Shown here: piece by piece, positions 15,001-28,866 of the stretch
Layout: each line of letters opens with the position of its first letter
Numbering within the stretch: position 1 is the first letter of the stretch
NCBI GenBank assembly: GCA_030141605.1
Contig: JAQGDQ010000043.1
Location: forward strand, 372,001-436,000
DNA length: 64,000 bases
Direction: 5' to 3'
From: Tubiluchus corallicola
Lineage: Eukaryota; Animalia; Priapulida
Notes under the pieces: generated by a model
Database searches by the model: none
Seen by the model: only the letters and a program-made list of their open reading frames with translations
What the model was told of the DNA's origin: nothing
Made by a program: the position numbers and the translations under genes

Positions 15001-18000
15001 TGTTGAAGAAGAAAAACAAACCTCAGCTGGCCTTGGCAGAGCTACCCAAATCACATGCACCCACTGAGTTTACCTGATTGGCTGGTAAAACACACTAGCT
15101 ATCAACACTACCATATTTGGGAAGCCCAGCTGGTACAAGTGGTTGAGTAGCACAAACCAAGGCCACAACCTGGATTAAACTTGACTCAGTTCAATAATAA
15201 ATAATGTCAAATGTAGGTGGCAGCACATATTAAATTATTATTGTAATACTTTTAATTAAGAATTGCAAATGAAGTGGTGCTGACAAGCCACTGGCGTAGA
15301 AGTGTCTGGTTTTTAGTGCTGGATTACTGCTGCGTTTATCTGTCTGAAGCTGACAAATGTCTACAATAGACGTGATGGGCGTATGATGATGATGTTAATA
15401 CTGATGATGAAGTGTGTGTTAATTCCCACCCAAGGGTGCCAATTTTTTGCATTTTGCTGTCATTTAATACCAACTTTATCTTCCTACACTGTTTTGAATC
15501 TAAGACTTCTGTACTTAAGTTCCCAATCATTTTCAAAAGAGAAATTATAAAAAGAAAGATAATTGGATTCTAAGAAATAATGTCAATTGCTGGCAAGTCA
15601 AATTTAACCATCTTCATTTCTTACCTAATTTGTTTACCTGGCTGTATAGTAAACGTGATTAAATGTTCATTATGATGCTGATATGTTACAGGATTTCTTG
15701 CAATAGAACCCAATAAAAAATGAATATTATTTTTTGCAAGCCTGTGGTCTTTACTTTAAATAAAACGTTTTATCATATTGATTGCAAATATTTTCTCATT
15801 TTGTATACATATTTATCTTATTCATTTCATGGTATAATCTTTTTACCACCCATTAAATTGTTGAAAAGAAAATGGTTAAAAGTTGATGTCATAATTGAAT
15901 ATTATTATTATTTTGGTAAATTAAAGTTACAAATAACATTAACCATTCTTTCACTAGATGTTATCAAATTTCTGAAAAAAATTTCATTTAAGCTTAAGAG
16001 CAATATTGTCTTAATAACTACTGAAAATCTTGAAATCTTAAAACTTGACAACTTTTGGTGGAGTGGAAAGGAACAAGTTAATGAACTAGGTGACGCTTTC
16101 ACAATGTGTTTTCTTCCTTACAAAAAATTATTATTTACGAAAAAGTTTTTTTAAAATAATTTAAATTAAAATAACATAAAAATATTGAATGCCTTTTGTA
16201 GTCTCACAATAAGTTTATTTATCTCAGGAGCCTGAAATAAGTTTAGTTATTTATTTATTTTAGAAAGTTCCTTATTTTGGGACTATTAAGGGCATTTAAC
16301 ATTTTTGTGTGTTAAAGATGGAAAGTCTCAGGAGAATTGTCTCATATTTTATGTAAAATTTATGCTGAATGAAAGAATTTGCTTTTCACCTCAAATTTAC
16401 TGAAATCACCACAGACTATGATGAGACTGATTACTGAATTATGAAATTAATTATTATTTGTTTTAGGTGTTGTAACTCTGGTGAAACGATTAGATTACGA
16501 ATCTCTAGATAACAAGAATTTGACATTTGAGGTTACCGTACGTGATGGGGGAGTACCGTCACTTAGTGCAACTGCTACTGTCATTGTTACAGTAATTGAT
16601 GTAAATGATAATAGTCCTCGCTTTGGCAGGGTAATGGTTTATTTGTTTTACATTCTCATGTGATTTTCTTAACTTCACTCTATTAACATCCTCTGTAATA
16701 ATCGATAATTTGTAAAGCCTATGGCTATACTAATTTGTTTCATGTATTGAAATCAGATTTGTTTTTGTGACCTTAAACTCAGCAAACTAATTTTCTTTTA
16801 TTGGACTTTTATATTTTACCAGCAATTATAAATTTCAGAACATTTCTACAGTTAATTTTTTCCTAGGATTCATATTCTACTAGTATACTTGAAAATTCTC
16901 CGGGTAACATGTATGTCACCGAGGTACAAGTTTCAGATCCTGACACTGATGGAATTACATATAGTCTGTCTGGGCAGGATGCACGGTTATTTTTCATTGA
17001 GCAAAATGTAAGCTTTTGACATATTACTTGTTTTGCACTTGTTACAATACACTTTTTGAAGTTCTAAATGTATTCGAAAATACGGGTACAGCTGTGGTTT
17101 TATTAAGCGTTACGTTTTATTGAAACATAATTACTTTAGCTCAAACTGTAATACAGTAGCACTGTCTATTCAAATATACTGTACTGCATCCCACAATGTG
17201 CAGCTAGCTTATAAATTAACCTTTAAAACTTTGAGGATGTGATGTAGGTTTTTAACATGTTTTTTTTTCATTGTGTGTAGGGCATTATTAGAGTAAGACC
17301 AGGTGCAGAATTGGATCGTGAGTCAACACCAGTCATTGTTATACAAGTAACAGCACATGATTATGATTCAGCTGCAAACAGCAGATCAGCATCTGTACCG
17401 GTAATTGTTCTGTGTTCTGTTCACTATTAAGAAAGGTCACTGTCTTTATAACCTGCTGAGTTTTTTTAACTTTATATGTTACAGTATTCAGTCTGGGTGG
17501 TTTACAGATCAGATATTAAGCATAGGTGTTTTCTGTCTCTACTAAATAGAATATTAATTTTTATAATTAATTAGATATGTTTCTTTTGTGCCATGATGCC
17601 AGTGCAGTGTGCAATTTCATGTGTTAGCTCAATTGCTAAATACGCCCAAGATAAACATAATAATAAATGTATTATTAATTTTCTTATAAGCGATTAAGGC
17701 GACATAGAAATGAGTGGAAAAAACGAAGTTCACTTTGTGACTATCCTTTTGTTTTGAAACATATTTTAGTTAAATATTTTTGTATCCCTCACATCGACAT
17801 GTTACACAAAGTCTGTTGAAAGAAGCCGCAAAACAACTGGAGACACATTAGTTTGTATAAGAAATGAAATATTTTTTTACGTACTGATCAATTTATCAAA
17901 AATCAATTTTCTGTGTATCGCAAAAACACCACAGATTCTATAAGTGAACAAGTAATTGCATTATAGAAATAGATTAACAGTCACTTGATTATGAAAAAAA

Positions 18001-21000
18001 AGCTCTGAAGTTTTTATTTGAGATAATGTTAACATATTGTTAGAGACTTGCTGTTCATTTTAACATGCTGTTAGAAATGAAAAACAATCTGAAAATGTTC
18101 GACAACTAAAAAAGAGGTATCAGCGTTACTCGTCCCATAATGCCTATAATGCATATATTCAAGCTAAAGAAGAGTTTAAAAGCAGTTTAATTTCACAAAT
18201 AGATAACTGGATTCTCACTAACTCAGTTAATATGAACTCGTCCAAAGGAGTAAACTTTTGGAAGGCATATCATAAGGTATTTCCTAACATAAAAGACAAT
18301 CAAGTTGACATTTTAAAACATGGTAACCGTTATTATATTACTGATGAGGACAAGTGCAACTTGTTCTATGAAACCTTCTTCATGGGTAACCATTTTGACA
18401 ATGACATATTTGATAACAACTGGAAAGGGTTCGTTGATCAGTTTGTTGATTCCTTAGAATATAGTGAAGGAAACGATGACTTTCTGAATGTTCCTTTCAC
18501 GATGGACGAACTTAATAAAGGAATAAAAGGAAGTTCCTCAAATGGCAAAAGCTTTGATATGGATGGTATCCATCCTCGAATGATTAAAAGTTTAGGATTT
18601 TGGGCCAAATCTGTACTTCTGAATTTGAGTAACATATGTTTAAGCACGCAAGAATGGCCTTGGTTACAATCCAAAGTAATATTTATTAAAAAACAGGGCA
18701 AAGATAAATATGCGGATCCCAATGCATATCGTCCTTTGTCGTTGTCATCCTACATAGGCAAGCTTGTCGAGCGACTCTTTGTTAACCGATTAATTCTAAA
18801 ATGTCCAATGGAGGTATTGGACATTGTACAGGAGAGTTTTGTCGCAGGACACAGTACTGAACAATATTTGTTTCGCCTAATTAGTAAAATGCAAAGTGAC
18901 CTCATAAAGAAACATCCAGCTATCGCTGTATTTTGTGATTTTGAAAAGGCCTTTGACAGTGTGTGGGTCAAAGACCTAATCTTCAAACTGTATCAATTAG
19001 GAATTGCTGGAAAGTTTTTGGCCTTTGACCCACACACTGTCGCTCGATCATTCTCTATCAGTGTAGGAAAATTCTGTTCTCAAGAGTATAACAGTAATAT
19101 TGGCCTCCCGCAAGGCTCTGTCCTTTCACCTCTATTATTCATAATTTTCATCTCAGAAATCCTAAATGATGTAAGATCCAATAAAATGGCAGACGTCTTC
19201 AAATACGCAGACGATGGCACATTTTACGCATCTAAAACAAACTCTGATGAGTGTCGTAATACTGCGCAAATCTGTTGTAATAAGTTACATCTATGGTGTA
19301 AAAAATGGCGGCTGAAAGTCAACTGTAATAGGAATAAAACGGAAGTTATGGTCATGGGGTCTACTCAAAATATAGTAAATAATAATTTGCCTAAATTAAA
19401 AATTGGTGGTAATGAAATTGAATATGTTCAAAATAGTACAGTACTGGGTATCACTATTGATAGTAATCTGAAATTTGATTGCTATACCAATAGAGTTAGG
19501 AAAAATGCATGGCACAAATGGACACAAATTAAGCAACTGTGCTTCAAATACAGAGGAATGAGAATGGCAACTATTATACAACTGTTTAAAACATTTGTAC
19601 TACCTGTTATACTATACAGTGCCAGTGTTTGGTTAGCTAAAAAATATTCATTATTTGATGACTTGTATTATGATGTCCTCAGAACTGCAACGGGTTCATC
19701 CTTTAAACCTTGCAGGGTATTGTTAGAAATTTTATGTGGGTTGCCTCCTTTAGAAATCGAAATGAAAGCTCATAATGTAAGGTTCCTAAGTAAAATATTG
19801 CAGAATGGTGATGATGATCTAGTTAAGAAAGAACTTTTGTATGTATTTAATACTAACTTTTATCTGTCATATAACCACTTTGTAAAATATTATGCTAGAG
19901 ATTTAAGGCAATTTTTGGCTACTACTAGAGATGCAGGGCGAATTAGCAACGAAGAACTTTCTATAGTTAATTGGTCTGTTACAAAATCTGATCTGGATAT
20001 ATTCAAGCAAACTCTTTGGCACAGACAATTCAATACTTATACCTTGTTAGAAAACAGAAATGAATGGTTTGGCATAATCCCACAACTTAAGCCCTTTAAT
20101 TTACCAATTTCACTTACAAATAGAGAGCTGGAATCCATTGCTCTAAGTTTTATTCATGGACAAGGATTTTTTAAACATTTTTTATTACGATTAGGACTCA
20201 TACCTGACAATTCTTGTTTATGTGGTCTTCCTCAAACTTGCGAACATCTACTTTTCGACTGCCCTTTCGTAGACTCACAAAAGCGCATGTTTTTTAAGAA
20301 TAACATTAACACCACTAATATTGCTGTGTTAATTCAAAAGCAAAATGATAGCAGCACTTTGAGCTCATTTGTTGAAGTAATTAGGATGACTTTATTAGAC
20401 AGCAAATGTCAGGAGTATTATGATACGTGTTACTAAACTAGCGGTTGTACTATTGCCATCTTTGTAATTTTAATTAGTAATTTACAGTGTCTAGAGACAC
20501 CTTATTTTATTATTTTCTTAGAAAATTTGTAAAATTTATAATTTATACTTATGCTAATGTTGTACCTGCAAATAGAGGTTTTATTAATAAAGATTTTAAA
20601 TAAATAAATAAAAATGCTGTTAGAGACTTCCCCATTCAGCCATAATGAGCAGTTTTGTTAAAGACAGAAAACAAAATTGTGCCGTAAGTTATGGACCATA
20701 CAGTTTTCAAACAGATGTTGCTGACATTTCTGAAATAGTAAACACGGTGGCAGGTGGATATGTAGCTGTATGATCAGCTAGTAACATCAAGAACAATCAA
20801 TGACAACTTTTGGTTCGTATTTTATAGGTTTTCATTCATTTGCAAGACATAAATGATTCACCTCCAAAGTTCATGAGAACAAGCTACCATGCCATGATAG
20901 TCGAAAACATCCCACCAGATACACCAATTGTACAAGTGTCTGCTACTGATGCAGATACAGGTGTTAATTCTGACATGCGTTATTCTATAGTAGATAGTGG

Positions 21001-24000
21001 ACTGCTTCGTAGTAAGTACTGCATTTTATAAGTTGATGCACCACTCTAGAGTAGACAGTGGACTGCTTTTTAGTAAGCACTGCACTTTGTAAGTTGATGC
21101 ACCACTTTAGAGTAGATAGTGGACTCTAGAGTAGTAAGCACTGCACTTTGTAAGTTGATGCACCACTTTAGAGTAGATAGTGGACTCTAGAGTAGTAAGT
21201 ACTGCACTTTGTAAGTTGATGCACCACTTTAGAGTAGATAGTGGACTCTAGAGTAGTAAGCACTGCACTTTGTAAGTTGATGCACCACTTTAGAGTAGAT
21301 AGTGGACTCTAGAGTAGTAAGTACTGCACTTTGTAAGTTGATGCACCACTTTAGAGTAGATAGTGGATGCTAGAGTAGTAAGCACTGCACTTTGTAAGTT
21401 GATGCACCACTTTAGAGTAGAAAGTGGACTCTAGAGTAGTAAGTACTGCACTTTGTAAGTTTACACACCACTCTCGAGTAGACAGTTGTCTGCTTCGTAG
21501 TAAGTACTGCACTTTGTAAGTTTACACACCACTCTAGAGTAGGCAGTGGACTGCTTCATAGTAAGTTAATGCCCCACTCTAGAGTAGTGGACTGCTTTGT
21601 AGTAAGTACTGCACTTTGTAAGTTGATGCACCAATCTAGAGTAGACAGTGGACTGCTTTGTAGTAAGTACTGCACTTTCTAAGTTGATGCATCACTCTAG
21701 TTTACAATGTTTCAATTTCTATTGCCAACATCATTGTCATCATTTCAGACAGACTTTCTATCAACTCAAGAACTGGTGCTGTCTATAGAAATGCGGACTT
21801 TACTGGACTTGCTGGTGTTTATGAGTTCATTGTACAAGCTCAAGATGGTGCTGGTGTTGGGGAAAATGTTGTATCAGTTCCAGTAGCTATTGAGATTTTG
21901 GATATCAATGATAAACGACCACGTTTCATAGTTCCGCCTGTTGATAATACAACAGTCCATGTCCTAGAGGTGAGTAATAATGCTAGAATTTTTTTTGATG
22001 CCACAAATTAAATACTAAGTAAACTAAAGTCAATTTAGCAACTACTTTTTTGGGTATCATCTCTTTTTTATTTTGTATTAATGCACTCATTTGTTTTTTG
22101 AAATTGTATTTAAAATTGCGTAGTTATTAAATTTTTTGGAAATAGCTGAGTAGTCATAATGTTTGTGTGATGCACAGCTGGGAAGTTAAGTAACAGAGGA
22201 TCCTTTAGCACATGGATGGGTGACTCAGAAAAAAGTTTGCTGGGGCAGTTTCATTTGCCATACTGCTCAGGCTGTTTTTCTCACTCAAAAAGGATGTTTT
22301 ATCCTATTGCTACTAGGTTGCCTTTTCTACATCAGTGTCTTAATATTGAGCTAGATTCTGGTCCTTCCATGGCTGTCTAGATAATGTAGACCTTGTCGTT
22401 GAATTCTGGCTGTCTAAGCTGAACTCCTTAAATTTTTTTGTAGTTTGTCACTACAAAATAGCTTTTGCTTGATTCCATATAATGTCACTTCTTACTTTGA
22501 ATATATCTGCCTTTGACTTTTTTCAGAATCAAACTGAAGGCTACATTCTGATGGTTGTGGTTGCCAGAGATGATGATGAAGGTGACAATTCAAATGTTAA
22601 TTATGGATTTCGACATAATGGTATATTTGTTAACATGACTGAAGAGTTTGCCATAGATTCTGTGACAGGGGAATTGAAGACACGTGTGAGGTTAGATCAT
22701 GAAGAAAAACACAAATATCAGGTTTGCATAAATAATATATTTCGTTTATAATTTGCATTAAATAATAATAAGTTCTGATTTTGATATATGTAAACAGAAA
22801 ACAAGAAATTGATTGTCATAGCTTTTTTAAGTCACGAATTCTTGCATTCCGCTTGAATTTATTGATAAATGACTAAACATTTTTGTAACTAACAAGCTTT
22901 TTGATGAGCAGATGTACTTAGTTTTTAAAATTCTTTTTAATGGATTTTTGTTACCCTTATTAACAGTTTTTAATGGATTACCTATTTAGTACACTATTTT
23001 TATCAAATGCATAAATTTTTTTCCACGAACTGATTCACATTGTGTGAATTTTATAACATATTTTTGCAGCTAACATTGGTAGCCAAAGACAATGGAAATC
23101 CACCTTATGAAAGCTACCGCCTGGTCACCGTTATTGTAGATGATGTTAATGATAACAAACCTATGTTTCCAAGAACTCCTGTAAGTAATTTTTTCAAGTT
23201 TTTGGTAACCGCATATTTTCTTTCTGACATTTCCTTGCTACTTTAATATTAATTGTCTTATCACTTTCAGTACCTTTTCTAATTTGTCATGTTTTTTATG
23301 CTTTGTAGGATACAGAACCATATGTATTTACTGTAGTTGAACATAGTCATTGGCCACAGGTTATTGGTAACGTTACTGCAAATGATTTGGATTATGGAAA
23401 AAATGCAGAAATCTTTTACCATATCATTGGTAAGTGGTAGTTATACATATTTTAATGATTTACAATCATCTCATTCTTAATTAATTATTCCAACTTTTCA
23501 TTTTGAGTTTCAAAGCATTAAATGTAGTGCATTACCATTAGTTACTACTTTGAGTTTTACAAAACAGTTTAAGATGATATGTGGTTTAGGTGGAAATTCA
23601 GAAAATTTCTTTAATATAAATTCTACTACTGGTCAAATCTCTACCGTGTCTACAGTTGACCGTGAAATCAAAGATCATTATGATCTTGTCGTTATGGCAA
23701 CAAACGATGCGAACTATGGTGGTTCACAGTTTGACAGGAAGAGGTAAGTTTTAGTGTATTTTTTATTTTAACAGTTTTTGGTAATCTAAATATAGAAATT
23801 GTGTGTTAATACTTCTCGAATTCTCTGACAAAAGTCTGGTTTTAGAGTCGTAAAACACTCATTGCTTGTGGAAATAACACTTTTTTTTCAATATGCTAAA
23901 ACACTCTGTAAAAATATTTTAGTATATATTTAGACTTTCTAGTATGTTAGTTATGAATTGATGCTTGTATTTCATTTTACTTCGCAAGAAAACGCTGTTT

Positions 24001-27000
24001 CCAGCTGGGTTGATGCTGATTTAAATTTGTCCTTCAGGTCTATTAATAAGAAATATAATCCAGAGGACATGTCAATGGCACTTGTACATGTTTCTGTATC
24101 TGATGTGAATGACAACCGACCCAAATTCCTACAGGGAACCTACTATGCAGGCCTGTATTAGAACTAGTTTTCATTTCATAATTTCCATATTTTCTTATTC
24201 GCCACATTATTATCATATTTACCATAATTTTAGATTTATCACTCTTCTCCACATAAACCATAAGAAAGTAGGTATGAAGTACGAGGTCTTGGGCAAGAAA
24301 TACAAGGGTTTGAGTGTAAAATCAAATGTGAGGTTTTGAGTGAGAAACGTTTTATCTTGAATGTGAAATGTTTCATTTTGAACACGAAATGCGAGATCTT
24401 GAGTTCCAAAAATGATTTCTTGAATATGAATTGAATGTCTTAAGTTGAAATATGAGGCCTTGAATGTGAAATGTAAGGCTTTGGGTGAGACATGTGACGT
24501 CTTAAATACAAAATTTGTGCGAGGACTTAAATGTGAAATTTGAGGCTTTGAATGTGAAATGTGAGGTATTAAATGTGAAATGTGAGACTTTGAGTGAGAA
24601 ATATGTCTTGAATGTGAAATGTGAATTCATGAAATATTAATTCTTTCTGAGGTGTGATATACAAATTAGTTAATTAGTTGTGAGTACAGATACATGTTTT
24701 TGGGTGTGAATTATAAGTCCTTGCTGGGAATCATGAGTTTTTGAATTGTACCTGCTATTATTTGATATTTCAATCCCTATAATATGGAATCATAGTAATT
24801 AAAGTTTGCAAATTCTCTTTACTTTTGAAGATAATGTATATCTTATTTTCAGAGAAAAAATTTGCACATTTGCCATGAAAAATGCATACTGAAAGCTAGG
24901 AGCTTTTTGATAGTGAACAGCTGGAATTATTTTGAAAGAGAATATCTTTTCTATCACAGGTATTTCTCCACAAACTCAACAAGAAACGTTTGTGGTCAAA
25001 GTGCAAGCCATTGACGCAGATAAAATTAGGAGCATTGATTATGAAATAAAGGAGCAGATTTATTACGGCCGCAAACCGGCCTATAGGTAATGCAAATGTA
25101 TCTTTTACAAGAAATGGTTTAGTGGTAGAAACACCCAATTTTTATGTGAGAGGTGCTGTCTAAAAGTGGCCGTTGAGTTTCTCTAGATAACAAACAATCA
25201 CTGCTGTGTAGATATTGTTTGTTATTCAGACAATTAGCAATATAAGTCTTTGCACTTTCGTCAGTTTTTGTTTTTTCCTAAAAACGTTTTTTAAATGACT
25301 GTTGTAATCACATTATTATTATTACTATTATAATTTTTTTTGTTCCATGAAAGATGCTCCAACTACAGTAAATCGTTTTACATGACTATGCTTATAGAAT
25401 TGGTGATGTTATTCCAAATAGACGTTTTTCGCATCTTGAATTTAGTTGGACGTAAAGCGATTTAAGTATTTACTTCATGTTACAGCATAAAAGCGAAACT
25501 GTCTATGCAACAAATAAGTCAGTTACTTTACATATTTTTGCATTACGACGTACATAAAATTGTTATTCTATATAGGTGTTTTGCGCATGCAATTTGCATT
25601 TTATATTTAGTTTTTAATCTAGAAATTTGATAATTCTAATTTTAGTCACATACCGGCTTCTCATTTTTTTGTATCAGCTATTTGACTGCATTTGCATTTT
25701 CAAGTTTTATTGTGTTGATTATTTTTATTGTATTTTTTAGTCTGTATTTTAACCAAAATCCATTGAATTACAGGAAAGCATTTTCTATTCAACATGATGG
25801 CTCAGTATACACCGACTTGGCAACATTTGAAGATTATGCTGATGGCTATTATCAGCTGACGGTTATGGCTACAGAAAAGCATCCATCTACAGATGATCGC
25901 TGGGGAGATGAAACAAATATTCTGGTGAGGTTTGTTCATATATGCAGCAGCTATGCATGTTAGCAGTTATTATGAATCATAATGTACTGTGTAGGCATAA
26001 TACACCTTAGCTGTTATTCAGCTTCACAAATATTTTTCATACTTCTTTCGTTTGAAGTTGATGTGCAGTTAGTTTGATGCTTAATTTATTTGTTGCTTCA
26101 CTTGAACAATTTTTCTGCCAATGGTATTATGGGGTAACCAGATGTTTATTGCCAGACTTGTATTGTAAGAAGTAAACTAAAAATAGGGTCGTGTTACACA
26201 ACGTGTGAAACTATTATTATTACAAGACTTAACCAATGAATGCAATGTGACAAAAAACCCTCAGTGATACTGATGCATCAGAAAAAAACAAAGAGAATGA
26301 TAAAAACCGACAAAGCCATGAGAAAGAGCATTTAATTTTAAGTAAAGAACATTAATCTTAATATCAAGTGCTGCCAAATATCTGGCTACGATTTGGGTTG
26401 GTTTCTTAATAAAAAATGGTGTTGTGACTCATTTCTTCCATTTTTGATTTTTGACAGTAGAGAGTGGAAAAATTTTAAAAAACAGTAAATAAGAAACATT
26501 ATCATGGTTAAAATATTAAAAAATACATTTATATCTACTCATAAAAATTTTTAAGCATAGCAGGTTATCCATTATCTGACATCTGTATTTTTCTGATTAT
26601 GGAAATACTCTGTAAAATTATATTAAGTTGAATGCAGTCATGTTCGTTTTATTTATTTAATACAAGTTAAAATTGAATACATCTTTTTAGATCTGGGTTT
26701 ACGGTGACATGTCAAAAGTCAGAGTAGTTATTTCAAATAAACCTGATAATGTACGCAACGATCTGGAAAACCTGAAAATGTAAGTTCATATATTTCAGTG
26801 CATCACAATTGTCTAAAAAAATTTACATATGCTAAAGATTATAAGATAAATGCTAAGCAAGTGTTAATGAAATTGTATCAAATTTTTAATTGTTTGAATT
26901 AAAGGTTCCTAAAGTGTGTAAAAACCTGGTAAATTCAAGACAACTAAGGCTTACCTTTGAGTGTATGTCTAAATTGTGCTAATTTCTTTTTAGGGCTTTA

Positions 27001-28797
27001 CAGAATTCAACCAGAAATAAAGTGGTTATTGTTGATGATATACGTTACCATGCAGATGACAATAACAAGATCCATTACGATTGGTAGATAATTTGTTTAT
27101 ATTAACAAATACATTAATGTTCCCAAGTTGTTACAGTTTCCTGTTTTGAGTAGAATAAAATTAATATTTAATCATTGAATATTTTAATTTAGCTTTCTTA
27201 ATTCTTTTTTGAACTTTTTTGTCTGCTCATAAATGCGCACTGTCATGTATGTGCTCATGCGGTTTGTTATAGGAAAGAAGCTGTGTATGTGCTCTTGTGG
27301 TTTACTCTAGGAGAGATGTTGTGTATGTGCTCATATGGTTTGTTCTAGAAGAGATGCTGTGTATGTGCTCATGTGGTTTGTTCTAGGAGAGATGTTGTGT
27401 ATGTGCTCGTGTGGTTTGTTCTAGGAGAAATGCTGTGTTTGTGCTCGTGTGGTTTGTCTTACGAGAGATGCTGTGTATGTGCTCATATGGTTTGTTCTAG
27501 GAAAGAAGCTGTATATGTGCTGTCGTGATTTGTTCTAGGAGAGATGTTGTGTATGAGCTCGTGTGGTTGGTTCGAGGAGAAATGCTGTGTTTGTGCTTGT
27601 GTGGTTTGTTCTAGGAGAGATGTTGTGTATGTGCTCGTGTGGTTTGTTCTAGGAGAAATGCGGTGTGTGTGCTCGTACGGTTTGTTCTAGAAGAGATGCT
27701 GTGTATGTGCTCGTGTGGTTTGTTCTAGGAGAGATGCTGTGTGTGTGTGTGTGCTCATGTGTTTTGTTCTAGTATATACTCAGGCTGTATCTGGCCAAGT
27801 TTGAGGTTAGAGAAAAAGGGGCCGAAACCTGAATCTTATAATTCTATTTTTAGTCTGGTGATGACACTGGGTGTGATTGCTCTATATATGTGTGTTGTCA
27901 ATACAAGTTTTTTGTTCTTTTTGGCAGATTTAATTTGCAAAATATCAGTGGAATATTATTATAAATTATCTCCAAGTTTATAATAAATATGCACATAGCA
28001 GAACTATTTTATTTTCAGTTCATAAATTTTGGTTTTAGCAGGTCATTTCGACAGTTTTTTCTTTGCCATTCGAACATTTCAGTTTTGCTTTATCCAGCAG
28101 CATTTAATTGTATAATGAGTTATTATACCTTTTTCACATGGCAAAACGGTTTCAAAGCATTTTGAGCTCAAAAGATTTTAGTGCAAAGCAGTTCAAACTG
28201 CCTCTAAAACCGATTTGAAAATGGTTTGGCGAAAATGTTACGAAAACATTTCGAGCAGCTATGTGAATGATCACTCACAGAACTGATGCACAACGCCATC
28301 TAGTGTAAGAAATAACAATTATTGCTTAAGGAATTGTGATCACAAAAGATAATTTTGTGAATTTTACTGCAGGACTGATGTATTTATTCACGTCATTGAT
28401 CCCAGCAAGAATGAAGTTGTTCCAGTACCGGAAGTTCTAAGACTCATGGATACTGACAAGTTTTATCTGAAATATGAATATGAGCATTTTCTAGTGCACA
28501 AAGTGGAGGTAAAATTGTACTGTTAATGATGCAAAAACAGACAGTTGTCAATTTCTTGAAAGTAAATGTTTGGCTAAGTATAATTTCAAATATATACTAA
28601 TTGATGTGTCAGTTTCATCATTAATTGTTATCATTAAAAAAACAAAAAGTCAAAATGCCTTTTAAGTCTAAAAAATAATCTATATAATATAATATATATA
28701 ATCTAAATAATATAATCTAATATAATGTAAATATATAGCATATATATCTATATATACATGCATACATACATACACATATATATATATATATACATAC

Positions 28798-28866
<69 letters not shown>

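Noticed and set aside
15720-16154. 144-aa ORF in cadherin intron
   Set aside because: AT-rich, no motifs, not needed for the continuous cadherin frame
20984-21700. CRISPR-like array or tandem micro-exon cassette
   Set aside because: Units are contiguous with no unique spacers and the context is eukaryotic. The implied AG..GT micro-exons would need ~38-nt introns and contain stop codons.
27244-27772. 38-bp repeats as CRISPR direct repeats
   Set aside because: Head-to-tail minisatellite without spacers; no cas genes
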